From the IMG/VR virus record IMGVR_UViG_2645727810_000023, positions 1 to 17,891 of that record: a stretch of DNA of 17,891 bases. The stretch is one strand, 5' to 3'. The position numbers were made by a program, and so were the translations under genes. The DNA comes from a virus. Its lineage: Duplodnaviria > Heunggongvirae > Uroviricota > Caudoviricetes. Under the pieces are notes generated by a model. The model was not told the DNA's origin. It saw nothing but the letters and a program-made list of their open reading frames with translations, and ran no database searches. Positions 8,105 to 15,072 of this stretch are shown piece by piece; within the stretch, counting starts at the first letter, position 1, and every line of letters begins with the position of its first letter.

Positions 8105-8325
8105 GCCACACCTCCCAGACGCTTAAACATTTTTCCAGACAGAAATACCGCCAGAGGGTAACTGATGGTGTAGCTACGCCCCTGTAGTTCGCACACGACT
8201 TTCTGGCTTTCAGCGTTGACTAGGCAAACCCGCAGAACGTGACCGTTGCTGGTGGCGAACCACTGCCCCACACGGGGGCAACGGTTGTATCGGTGATACA
8301 GGGAATTAACGATGTGGCGGATCAT
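8101..8325 (-). CDS. Hypothetical protein
   Basis: 74 aa; ATG at 8325 with GGAGG SD, overlaps stop of the upstream gene and start of the downstream gene. Confidence 0.5.
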   Translation of the reverse strand: MIRHIVNSLYHRYNRCPRVGQWFATSNGHVLRVCLVNAESQKVVCELQGRSYTISYPLAVFLSGKMFKRLGGVA

Positions 8326-8516
8326 GGACGCACCTCCGCCGTAGTTACGTATTTAACCGGGCTACCTTTCATTGAGATGGTTTCACACATCTCTGCCGCT
8401 TTCAGTTCCGCTGTTTTTCTGGATTTATAGCGACGGTGCCAGACAGATACATCCGTGCGAACTGATACATCGTTTCTGTATTCCGTAGTGGAGATGATGA
8501 TTTCGTAACTAATCAT
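8322..8516 (-). CDS. Hypothetical protein
   Basis: 64 aa; ATG at 8516 with AGGAGG SD, ATGA overlap with the Rha-like gene stop. Confidence 0.5.
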   Translation of the reverse strand: MISYEIIISTTEYRNDVSVRTDVSVWHRRYKSRKTAELKAAEMCETISMKGSPVKYVTTAEVRP

Positions 8517-9376
8517 GGGCGAACCTCCTTGTCAGAACCATTCAGCCTGGAATCAACAAGTGCAGCGCCAAAAACAGCATCACCAACACGGTCGTACAGT
8601 TTGCTAGCCAGCGGAGATTCAACGGCCTTAAGCATTGGATAAAGCTGGCTTGTCCAGATTTGATGGATTTCACGCAAATGCAGGTATACGCCTCTGGCGT
8701 TTCGTGCGACAGCTGACATATCAGACGCATCGGCACCTGATAAACTCTTCTCCATCAGGTTAAAGGCGTTGATGTATGCCTCTTTGAACCGGGCAGCACG
8801 TTTACCCGTGAAACCCATAGCAAGAAATGCAAAACCGTCTCGTGTGATTTGATAGCAAGGGAGCTTGCGTGTACCGCCGTTCGGTTGATTTACCGAAATC
8901 GATGTCTCCGCAAAATTGCGGGCACAAAACTCAGGGGAACAATCCAGAGTGCGGATCTTTTTCAGCACATCGTCGTGACGCTTGGAGAAGAAGTTGGCAA
9001 CAGCCAAAGAAGTGGTAACGGCCTGGCCGTTGTCAATGGTGATTTCAGGTTGAGTGAGGGCTGGGATCGTAGCCATGATGGCAGCCTCCGTTGACAGTGA
9101 AAAACTTCCACCACCGGAAACGCCAATTTCACTGGTGGTGAACTGGACGGGGTTGGCGTAACCGGCGTCAACGGAGACCGGCGCACCTTTCGGTGCCCCC
9201 GCCCAGCCCACCATAATCTGGATGTGAGCAAATGCGGACGATAAAAAAGACGCTGGCGCGTCATACATCGCCGTTGACAATTTCAGGACGCCAATCCCGG
9301 CACCCGCTTTATAAGGTGCAGAGACAGTGTAACGTCCCGAAATTGCAGAATCAATATTTGGTCTTGAAATGATCAT
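8513..9376 (-). CDS. Rha-family (ORF6N / Bro-N-like) phage regulatory protein, with N-terminal extension or alternative internal start at 9076
   Basis: C-terminal 187 aa carry FSKRHDDVLKKIRTL...CYQITRDGFAFLAMGFTGKRAARFKEAYINAFNLME, typical of Rha/ORF6N. Internal ATG at 9076 has a GGAGG SD; the ATG at 9376 has none. The upstream 100 codons still show E. coli-like codon choice. Confidence 0.65.
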   Translation of the reverse strand: MIISRPNIDSAISGRYTVSAPYKAGAGIGVLKLSTAMYDAPASFLSSAFAHIQIMVGWAGAPKGAPVSVDAGYANPVQFTTSEIGVSGGGSFSLSTEAAIMATIPALTQPEITIDNGQAVTTSLAVANFFSKRHDDVLKKIRTLDCSPEFCARNFAETSISVNQPNGGTRKLPCYQITRDGFAFLAMGFTGKRAARFKEAYINAFNLMEKSLSGADASDMSAVARNARGVYLHLREIHQIWTSQLYPMLKAVESPLASKLYDRVGDAVFGAALVDSRLNGSDKEVRP

Positions 9377-9459
9377 ATAGCTGCTGATATCTTTAGAACT
9401 GTTCTTGGATGTTTCGGAGCCGTTTTATGCGAAACAGCTCCCCGTTATTGATGTTGAGT

Positions 9460-9485
9460 GAGCCGGGTTACTCCCGGCTTTTTTT
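9460..9485 (+). terminator. Plus-strand intrinsic terminator inside the minus-strand early operon
   Basis: GCCGGG (9462-9467) - TTACT - CCCGGC (9473-9478) followed by TTTTTTT (9479-9485). The reverse complement lacks a downstream U-run. Confidence 0.5.
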
Positions 9486-10192
9486 CACCGCTGCCAACCA
9501 ATAACCTGAAATAACCCCATTTTCGGGTGATACCAGCGAGTCCCTCGCGGTTCTGCTTCCTCCATAACCCGATAAAAAGCAGCCATAAACGGTTCCACAG
9601 CAACAATTGCGCGACGTGACAACAATCCGTCCGGCGTCATGAACTCATGTGTGTCTGTAGGAATTTGATAGGCGTTCACCAGATTGCGGCATTTATCATC
9701 TGACAAACCGGTTTTTGCTTTCAGTTGGCGATATCCGGCATAGCCCTCACGAATAGTGCCCTTTTTAATTTGCTCGACTGTTTCAGCAACGTGGCTGACT
9801 TTTTCTTCCACCTGAGTGATCCGTTTCTGTTGGCGAACGGCTTCAAGAGCCATCGCGGCAACCATTTCGATTTCGCTCATTGGCTTACGGATCTGTTCTT
9901 CCAGTTCGCGCCAGCGATCTACCAGGCGAGCAGTGAATTCAGGACAGAGCTGTGCGACGACAATGATGCTGTCGCGCTTACCTCGTTCACCTTCGAATAC
10001 ATACGCGCTAGAAAATCGGCGAGGCCCAAGTGATTGTTTATTCTCAATTTCCACAGTCTGTGGAAATTGGATGATTCCCTTTTTAGCCAGTGTTTCAATA
10101 GTTCTCTTAACACTATCTGGTCGGCTTCCCACCAGCTCTGCGATCTCAACGCTGGTCATGGATGCTTTGCCGTTAAAAATTGCGGTGTTCAT
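9485..10192 (-). CDS. Putative phage regulatory / antirepressor-like protein (Rha/Bro-N-like N-terminus)
   Basis: 235 aa; N-terminal SVEIAELVGSRPDSVKRTIETL resembles the DNA-binding start of Rha-type proteins. AGGAG SD; ATG overlaps cro-like stop (ATGA). Confidence 0.5.
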   Translation of the reverse strand: MNTAIFNGKASMTSVEIAELVGSRPDSVKRTIETLAKKGIIQFPQTVEIENKQSLGPRRFSSAYVFEGERGKRDSIIVVAQLCPEFTARLVDRWRELEEQIRKPMSEIEMVAAMALEAVRQQKRITQVEEKVSHVAETVEQIKKGTIREGYAGYRQLKAKTGLSDDKCRNLVNAYQIPTDTHEFMTPDGLLSRRAIVAVEPFMAAFYRVMEEAEPRGTRWYHPKMGLFQVIGWQR

Positions 10193-10416
10193 TGTTGGTC
10201 TCCTGTGGGCTTGTCATCTTCTGTATTCGCTAGACTTGGGTGTGTATATGGAATGCTCGGATCCAGATGACAAAGAATGGCAACATCCTCCGGAACACCT
10301 CGCGTTTTCCACTTTCCAACACCTTGACTGCCACGAGGCCTTCCTTTCTTTGGGAACCTGCGACCAATAGCGGCATTGGTTTTAAATTGAATTTTTAATA
10401 TTTCATAAAGGGTCAT
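10189..10416 (-). CDS. Putative Cro-like small regulator (by position, divergent from cI)
   Basis: 75 aa, first gene of the rightward (minus-strand) operon, translationally coupled to the next gene. Motif GVGKWKTRGVPEDVA loosely resembles the SQWK..IPE motif of Cro/YdaS-type proteins. Weak. Confidence 0.45.
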   Translation of the reverse strand: MTLYEILKIQFKTNAAIGRRFPKKGRPRGSQGVGKWKTRGVPEDVAILCHLDPSIPYTHPSLANTEDDKPTGDQQ

Positions 10417-10527
10417 TCTTTAGTCTCACACCAGATACTTTGTTATCCAACGATGTTAACCACAGGAACCCAAAGTATCAAGAAATTCTGTTACTTTAGT
10501 ATCAACAGCCATGAGAGGAGAAGAAAA
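10417..10527. promoter_or_regulatory. Right operator / divergent promoter region between cro-like gene and cI
   Basis: Repeated half-site CAAAGTA/TACTTTG at 10436-10442, 10471-10477 and 10493-10499. Candidate minus-strand promoter TTGATA (10481-10476) - 17 bp - TAACAT (10458-10453). Confidence 0.5.
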
Positions 10528-11184
10528 ATGAAGTCTTTAGGTGAACGTCTCATCAACGCACGGCAAAAAGCGGGGTTAACACAAGATGCGTTGGCTAAAA
10601 AAGCTGGGGTCACCAGAGTTGCAATCAGTAAAGCCGAGCAAGGCCTTACAAAAAGTTTCAACGGTGACACCCTTTTTAAAGTTGCAGCTGCACTGCGGTG
10701 TTCACCGCAGTGGCTTCAGAACGGAGATGAAAAAGATAAGCATTGGGAAAATAATGTTAAGAGCTGCCCACAGAGAGACACAGCACACTCTTACCCTGTA
10801 ATTAACTGGGTTCAGGCAGGATTATTCGCAACTTCTGGTGATGACTACAACATGTATGATCAGGATAATTGGAGGCATTCTGTAAAATACGCTGGTGAGA
10901 GGGGGTTCTGGCTGGAAGTGCACGGAGACTCAATGACTTCGCCCGTAGGAATAACATTTCCTGAAGGAATGTCGATCCTTGTCAACCCAGATAAAGAAGT
11001 TTTTTCAGGGTGTTACGTCATCGCCAGAAAAAAATCTACCAATGAAGCAACATTCAAAAAATATATTTCTGACATGGGAAAGGCGTTTCTAAAGCCCCTT
11101 AATCCACAATATCCAATCATAGAAATGGACAATGATTGCGAAATAGTAGGTGTTGTGGTTGATGCCAGGTGGGATATTTTCTGA
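10528..11184 (+). CDS. cI: CI-type prophage repressor (N-terminal HTH, C-terminal LexA/S24 autopeptidase domain)
   Basis: MKSLGERLINARQKAGLTQDALAKKAGVTRVAISKAEQG HTH, then HGDSMTSP (catalytic Ser) and VIARKKS (Lys). GAGGAG SD before ATG at 10528; the ORF-track start at 10453 is an upstream in-frame extension. Confidence 0.9.
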   Translation: MKSLGERLINARQKAGLTQDALAKKAGVTRVAISKAEQGLTKSFNGDTLFKVAAALRCSPQWLQNGDEKDKHWENNVKSCPQRDTAHSYPVINWVQAGLFATSGDDYNMYDQDNWRHSVKYAGERGFWLEVHGDSMTSPVGITFPEGMSILVNPDKEVFSGCYVIARKKSTNEATFKKYISDMGKAFLKPLNPQYPIIEMDNDCEIVGVVVDARWDIF

Positions 11185-11287
11185 CCAGACACAAAACACA
11201 AAAAGAAACCAAAGTATCAAAAATCACTTGCCACACCTTGATACCTTAGTTACCATAAAACAAAGTTCGTAACTGAGGTATCATCTC
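11185..11287 (+). promoter_or_regulatory. Left operator / promoter region downstream of cI
   Basis: Same operator-like motif: CAAAGTATCAA at 11208-11218, inverted TTGATAC at 11238-11244, CAAAGTT at 11261-11267. Candidate promoter TTGCCA (11228-11233) - 17 bp - TACCAT (11251-11256). Confidence 0.4.
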
Positions 11288-11791
11288 ATGATCAATAAAG
11301 CTACAACTCTTGACTGTCTCGAAGAACTGAAAAACCTCGGCAGCCTCATTACACTAATAGCAAAAGCAACACCTGATGCTACGCTCTCTAGCGATATAGA
11401 GTCATGCGCAGGACTGGCATGGGATATGACAAATAGCATATCCAGAAAGCTATCGTCAGCAATGCTTTTACAGAACAAAAATTCTGCAATCAGCAACCGT
11501 CTTCGCACCCAACGCGAAGCCTGCGGCTTAACAACCGCCGAACTCGCCAGGCTGCTCGATCTCGATGAAGAAATTATCATCCAGTGGGAGAGCGGAGAGT
11601 ATGAACCAACTATCAGTATGCTTATCCCACTGGCAAATATTCTTGGCTGCGATCCGATGTGGCTGTTAACTGGTGAGGTTACTCCTCCGGAGCAACCAAA
11701 AAGTGAGGAGCAGCAACACCATGACGCATCTCAACAAGTTTGCCCCTTATCTCGCGAAGCTCTTCTGCGGAAGAACCAATACCAATGGTGA
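11288..11791 (+). CDS. HTH (XRE/Cro-C1-type) domain protein with about 60-aa N-terminal extension
   Basis: 167 aa; GAGGT SD 8 nt before ATG. Central ISNRLRTQREACGLTTAELARLLDLDEEIIIQWESGEYEPTISMLIPLANILGCDPMWLLTG is a typical XRE-family HTH. Not an Arg-rich N-like protein. Confidence 0.6.
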   Translation: MINKATTLDCLEELKNLGSLITLIAKATPDATLSSDIESCAGLAWDMTNSISRKLSSAMLLQNKNSAISNRLRTQREACGLTTAELARLLDLDEEIIIQWESGEYEPTISMLIPLANILGCDPMWLLTGEVTPPEQPKSEEQQHHDASQQVCPLSREALLRKNQYQW

Positions 11792-11919
11792 CATAATCGC
11801 CGCTTCGCCCCTCAAGGTACATGCGAACATTTTTATCAATCATTGCGGAAACAGTCTCAATATGAAAACACTTCTGAGACTCGCTATATAGCAGAACATA
11901 TAAGTCAGCTGAGGAAGCC

Positions 11920-12285
11920 ATGAAAAAGTTCGAAAACATAACTGTTCTCCATGTTGATGACTTTGATTATACAAACCCGGAACTTCTCCCGGAGGTTGTA
12001 AAGGCAATAGATGTTGCCGATATAGTGATTAGAGAAAAGAGAATTATCAAAAACAGGCTCGCATGCACTTCAGGAGCAATGACAGAAACAACCTCACAGC
12101 AAGATAATTACGAAGGCATTTGTCTGGAGCCTGATTCATTTGCGGTAAATGTTTATCATTTATTGCATGCAACACAGGTATTACATATGTCCAGTAATCA
12201 CGAAACGAAAACACTCGGCAGCGAAATTCTGAGTTTTGCATGTGAGTATGCAAAAGCTACTGCCGAAAAAGAATTAGCGCAATAA
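11920..12285 (+). CDS. Hypothetical protein
   Basis: 121 aa, GAGGAAG SD 5 nt upstream of ATG. No recognised motif. Confidence 0.55.
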   Translation: MKKFENITVLHVDDFDYTNPELLPEVVKAIDVADIVIREKRIIKNRLACTSGAMTETTSQQDNYEGICLEPDSFAVNVYHLLHATQVLHMSSNHETKTLGSEILSFACEYAKATAEKELAQ

Positions 12286-12363
12286 CAACAAATATGCCCT
12301 GAACGTTTATTGCGGTTTTATCGCCGGGGATTGTTACAACCTTAATCCACAGGAGGCTTTATT

Positions 12364-12477
12364 GTGACTTTTATAAAGAATATGGCATCACACAAGACCG
12401 CCTGCCTTATTGCACAATACGGTGAAAATTACATGCATATTGCCTGCTTATTTCTGCGTAAAGCATACGGGAGATAA
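12364..12477 (+). CDS. Possible small ORF (37 codons) with strong SD
   Basis: AGGAGG at 12351-12356, 7 nt spacer, GTG at 12364. Stop directly abuts the next gene's ATG at 12480. Below the ORF-track length cutoff. Confidence 0.3.
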   Translation: MTFIKNMASHKTACLIAQYGENYMHIACLFLRKAYGR

Positions 12478-12479
12478 TA

Positions 12480-12662
12480 ATGCATCAGAAAACAGCAGAA
12501 CACGAACAAACCAGAGTATTGCTGACCATCAAAAACGGGAAAGTAATATTCATTCGCCATGTTCATGACGATGAACTTGTAGGAATTCTTTCAACATTCC
12601 TGTTTATTGCAGAAAAGGCAGGATATGACGTTATTGCACCAGCAGATGAAGATGAGGAATAA
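12480..12662 (+). CDS. Hypothetical small acidic protein
   Basis: 60 aa, GGGAG SD 8 nt upstream. C-terminus PADEDEE. Confidence 0.5.
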   Translation: MHQKTAEHEQTRVLLTIKNGKVIFIRHVHDDELVGILSTFLFIAEKAGYDVIAPADEDEE

Positions 12663-12667
12663 ATATC

Positions 12668-13249
12668 ATGCAATACGATGAATTCCAGGCTGAAGCAACA
12701 GCCAATGGTATACGAACTGGCAGTATGACGATTGATTATCACGACGCCATACGTCGTCTGGATGCCGGAGAATTCGATACTCCTAATGTGCGAGGTTTAC
12801 GTATCCTTCAGTGTCTGGCGCAAGCCGACGAAGCAGGATTACTGGGTAAACTTCCGGTTGAGATGAAGGTTGCTCAGTGGCGATGGTTGTATGTGACGAC
12901 ATTCATCAACGAAGAAGAAGACAAGAACGGCACAATTGATATCTTGAATGAACACGGAACAACTGAACACGCCGTGGTATATAACGGGATGTATGGGTTT
13001 ATGACGATATATCCCGGCCCCATTCGATTTGCCTTACAACAGTATATTGAATGGAATTTAATTCAAAAATACGGCGAAGCTGAAGGAATGGGAAGAGCGC
13101 TGTTTCTTTATCAGAAAATGCTCACTACTTCCCCTGATAAAGGTTTCATTCTTTCAGATATGGGTCGAGAAGGGCTTGAAATCCTTCTGGATGAAATTAT
13201 TAACGAAATGAATACTCATGGCATGCAATCCGAAACAGATATTAAGTAA
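12668..13249 (+). CDS. Hypothetical protein
   Basis: 193 aa, GAGGA SD, starts 5 nt after the preceding stop. No recognised motif. Confidence 0.6.
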   Translation: MQYDEFQAEATANGIRTGSMTIDYHDAIRRLDAGEFDTPNVRGLRILQCLAQADEAGLLGKLPVEMKVAQWRWLYVTTFINEEEDKNGTIDILNEHGTTEHAVVYNGMYGFMTIYPGPIRFALQQYIEWNLIQKYGEAEGMGRALFLYQKMLTTSPDKGFILSDMGREGLEILLDEIINEMNTHGMQSETDIK

Positions 13250-13259
13250 AAGGGACCAC

Positions 13260-13508
13260 ATGACCGTTATCGAGTATATCCAGGAAAATCCAGATTGCAG
13301 TAGAGAAGATATATCCCTCGCACTTGGAAGAAGCGCAACTTCTATCAGTAATGAATTATCACGGTTATTGTGGAATGGGTTAATAGTACGAACTGGAGAA
13401 AAAAACAAAATGATTCTGTACTGCGTAAACAATCTGCCGTTTGGATACAGCAATCCCCTAAGTGTTATGTTCAACCAGTTACTTAAACAGGTAAGAAATG
13501 GCAACTGA
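13260..13508 (+). CDS. Small putative winged-helix DNA-binding protein
   Basis: 82 aa from ATG at 13260 (AAGGGA SD); the ORF-track start at 13218 overlaps the previous gene. Segment CSREDISLALGRSATSISNELSRLLWNGLIVRTGE looks wHTH-like. Confidence 0.5.
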   Translation: MTVIEYIQENPDCSREDISLALGRSATSISNELSRLLWNGLIVRTGEKNKMILYCVNNLPFGYSNPLSVMFNQLLKQVRNGN

Positions 13509-13815
13509 CTCACAACTAACCATAGAAACGGCCCTGAATGTCGGCCTGGCGCTCCTTGGTTATTTTTACATCGTGTTCTGCAGCGGACGGTGGCTGTCGC
13601 TGTTGTTCCTGAAAAAATGGAATAAACGCCGTAAGCAGGATGAACGCCAGAAGGCAATGAATGCGTTTTCCGAAGCCTTCGGAATTGACGGCATGGAACC
13701 AGGGGATCCAGCTCGCGCAATCAGCAGAGGGGGTGTAGTAATCCTTGTATATCGGAGTGAAGAGAAAAATGACGATCACAAAACAACGAGTAGAAAAAAT
13801 CATATATCGCCATGA
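13498..13815 (+). CDS. Small predicted membrane protein (one TM helix, basic juxtamembrane region)
   Basis: 105 aa; hydrophobic stretch ALNVGLALLGYFYIVFCSGRWLSLLFL followed by KKWNKRRKQDERQK. AGGTAAGAA SD. Overlaps the upstream gene by 11 nt. Confidence 0.55.
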   Translation: MATDSQLTIETALNVGLALLGYFYIVFCSGRWLSLLFLKKWNKRRKQDERQKAMNAFSEAFGIDGMEPGDPARAISRGGVVILVYRSEEKNDDHKTTSRKNHISP

Positions 13816-14083
13816 AATGGGACTGAACAGCGATGTCACTGCCGAAGAGGTTTATGACCTGGCTGTACTGGCGCTGAATTTATCAAATATCGCAAACCTG
13901 AAGCGATACGAGCTTGATATGGATGGTTGCGACTCGTGCGGTCAGGATTGTGGCGCAGATATGACTGAAGATCCTGATGGTGATTATGTCCTGTTTGATG
14001 ACGTGGTTAAGTTGTTTGAATTTGATACAACCACTCAAAAGTTAGAAATCCCGGCAAAGGAGGCTGCCAGTGAGCAAGATTGA
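13769..14083 (+). CDS. Hypothetical acidic protein
   Basis: 104 aa from ATG at 13769 (ORF-track start 13745 is TTG). Contains CDSCGQDCG. Overlaps neighbours at both ends. Confidence 0.45.
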   Translation: MTITKQRVEKIIYRHEMGLNSDVTAEEVYDLAVLALNLSNIANLKRYELDMDGCDSCGQDCGADMTEDPDGDYVLFDDVVKLFEFDTTTQKLEIPAKEAASEQD

Positions 14084-14555
14084 CTATCAGGCACTGCGTG
14101 AGGTGGCGGAACGTGCAATTCCAGCAATGGAACGCCTGTTAATGTTGCCAGCTGATGATGACTTGTTAAGTGAACAGGAACTTAAAGATTACGGTGTGGA
14201 TATTGATGCGCTCAACGCCTTCAAATTTCTGACCGGACCAGAAACCGTGCTGGCACTGCTGGATGAACGGGAAAGAAACCTGCAATACATCAAAAGCCGC
14301 GATCAGGAGAACGAGGATATTGCGCTAACGGTAGGGAAGCTGCGCGTTGAGCTTGAAGCAGAAAAACAGCGGGCAAAAGTTCTATTTATGGAAAATGCTC
14401 GGCTTAAGTCAGGCATAGCCGGTCTGATACACCTCGGTATTCGATATGCAGATGTTGAGGTCATGAAAATTGCTGGAGATGCCCAGCTTTCTACCCCATG
14501 CACTGACAGCATCATAAACAGCATTGCAACAGGCATTCGCATCAAAGGAGAGTGA
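14070..14555 (+). CDS. Ead/Ea22-like early protein (tentative)
   Basis: 161 aa from GTG at 14070 with AAGGAGG SD. N-terminus MSKIDYQALREVAERA... recalled as typical of Ea22-like proteins of lambdoid prophages. Not verified by search. Confidence 0.5.
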   Translation: MSKIDYQALREVAERAIPAMERLLMLPADDDLLSEQELKDYGVDIDALNAFKFLTGPETVLALLDERERNLQYIKSRDQENEDIALTVGKLRVELEAEKQRAKVLFMENARLKSGIAGLIHLGIRYADVEVMKIAGDAQLSTPCTDSIINSIATGIRIKGE

Positions 14556-14556
14556 T

Positions 14557-15072
14557 ATGGCGTTAACACACCACGAACTCTGTCAGATTGCGTACAAGTT
14601 CCTTAAGCGCAACGGGTTCAAGGTTTGCTTTCATGACCGCTTTGTTGCTGTAACCAGTACCGGAGAACAGCCAGATGCTATGGGATTCAGAAATTCAGCA
14701 TCATGCCTGATAGAGGCGAAGTGTTCTCGTGCTGACTTGTTGGCAGATAGAAAAAAGCGTTTCCGTAAAAATCCCTCACTTGGCATGGGCGACTGGCGAT
14801 TCTTTATTAGTGAGCCGGAAATTATTTCAGTTGAGGATTTACCTCCCGGCTGGGGATTACTTCACGTTGTTAACGGAAGAGTACGGAAAGTACATGGATG
14901 GCCCAGGGGTAATTGCTGTTGGGGTAATCCTGACGATAAGCCATTTACTGGGAATAAGCAGGTTGAATGCGATTACATGTTATCTGCATTAAGGCGCATG
15001 GAGTTGAGAGGGCACCTTAATGAAATATATGACGGTGTGATTGTTAATAAGAAAGAAGGAAACGCGGCATGA
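14557..15072 (+). CDS. Putative PD-(D/E)xK-fold nuclease-like protein
   Basis: 171 aa from ATG at 14557 (AAAGGAGAG SD). Motif GEQPDAMGF ...(8 aa)... LIEAKCSRADL fits the D...E-x-K pattern of restriction-endonuclease-fold / Hjc-type nucleases. Confidence 0.5.
   Translation: MALTHHELCQIAYKFLKRNGFKVCFHDRFVAVTSTGEQPDAMGFRNSASCLIEAKCSRADLLADRKKRFRKNPSLGMGDWRFFISEPEIISVEDLPPGWGLLHVVNGRVRKVHGWPRGNCCWGNPDDKPFTGNKQVECDYMLSALRRMELRGHLNEIYDGVIVNKKEGNAA

Noticed and set aside
9816-10370. 184-aa plus-strand ORF spanning the cro-like and first Rha-like genes
   Set aside because: Antisense to two translationally coupled minus-strand genes with good SDs; translation is Ser/Arg/Leu-rich junk-like.
11185-11800. 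N-type antiterminator as first gene of the leftward operon
   Set aside because: The first ORF after cI is an XRE-type HTH protein without an Arg-rich N-terminal motif; no small Arg-rich ORF found between cI and the accessory genes.
11679-11939. 86-aa minus-strand ORF convergent with and overlapping the 3' end of the HTH gene and the start of the next plus-strand gene
   Set aside because: Would overlap two plus-strand genes that have clear ribosome-binding sites; no SD of its own; more likely a chance open frame. Cannot be fully excluded without expression data.
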